NCBI GenBank assembly: GCA_031372565.1 | Contig: JANMLN010000199.1 | Coordinates: 1 to 12,994, forward strand | DNA: 12,994 nt | Origin: Gemmatimonadota bacterium | GTDB lineage: Bacteria; Gemmatimonadota; Gemmatimonadetes; Gemmatimonadales; Gemmatimonadaceae | Direction: 5' to 3' | In this document: in pieces, positions 12,919 through 12,994 of the stretch | Layout of the letters: the number at the start of each line of letters is the position of its first letter | How positions within the stretch are numbered: the first letter of the stretch is position 1 | Program-made: the position numbers and the translations under genes | Notes under the pieces: generated by a model | What the model saw: the letters and a program-made list of their open reading frames with translations, nothing else | Told to the model about the DNA's origin: nothing | Databases searched by the model: none

Positions 12919-12991
12919 TATCGGTAACGGGATTCGAACCCGTGTTCCAGCCTTGAGAGGGCCGTGTCCTAGTCCCCTAGACGATACCGCC
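12919..12991 (-). tRNA. tRNA-Glu(CTC)
   Basis: Anticodon arm CGGCC-CTCTCAA-GGCTG, T-arm ACGGG-TTCGAAT-CCCGT, Glu-type D-arm; acceptor stem GGCGGTA/TACCGAT has G1-U72 and a G2xA71 mismatch; CCA not encoded. Confidence 0.9.
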
Positions 12992-12994
12992 GTT

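Overview
GC-rich bacterial chromosomal window; gene style and content suggest Gemmatimonadota, which is an inference only. (1) 74-8442, minus strand: a complete eight-gene cbb3-type cytochrome c oxidase operon, ccoNO(fused)-ccoQ-ccoP(monohaem)-ccoG-ccoH/fixH-[DsbD_2/TauE-like membrane protein]-ccoI-ccoS. ccoS is missing from the supplied ORF track, and the starts of ccoI and ccoNO are over-extended there. (2) Divergent plus-strand genes for a secreted M24B Xaa-Pro aminopeptidase and a classical SDR. (3) A convergent, secreted alpha/beta-hydrolase-like protein. (4) A minus-strand cluster of five tRNA genes, Glu(CTC)-Glu(TTC)-Asp(GTC)-Leu(GAG)-Thr(CGT), followed by an intrinsic terminator. Three intergenic sites carry a ~34-nt REP-like hairpin repeat, TGTCRTCCTGAGCGAAGCGAAGGAYCTGCTTCT: four full copies, one degenerate copy and three 5'-only stutter copies. 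This is mostly recognisable core-genome DNA and I see no clearly new multi-gene system. The best leads are the repeat family, a possible non-FNR control region for the cbb3 operon, an unusual Lys in CcoN helix VI and a mispaired tRNA-Glu acceptor stem.
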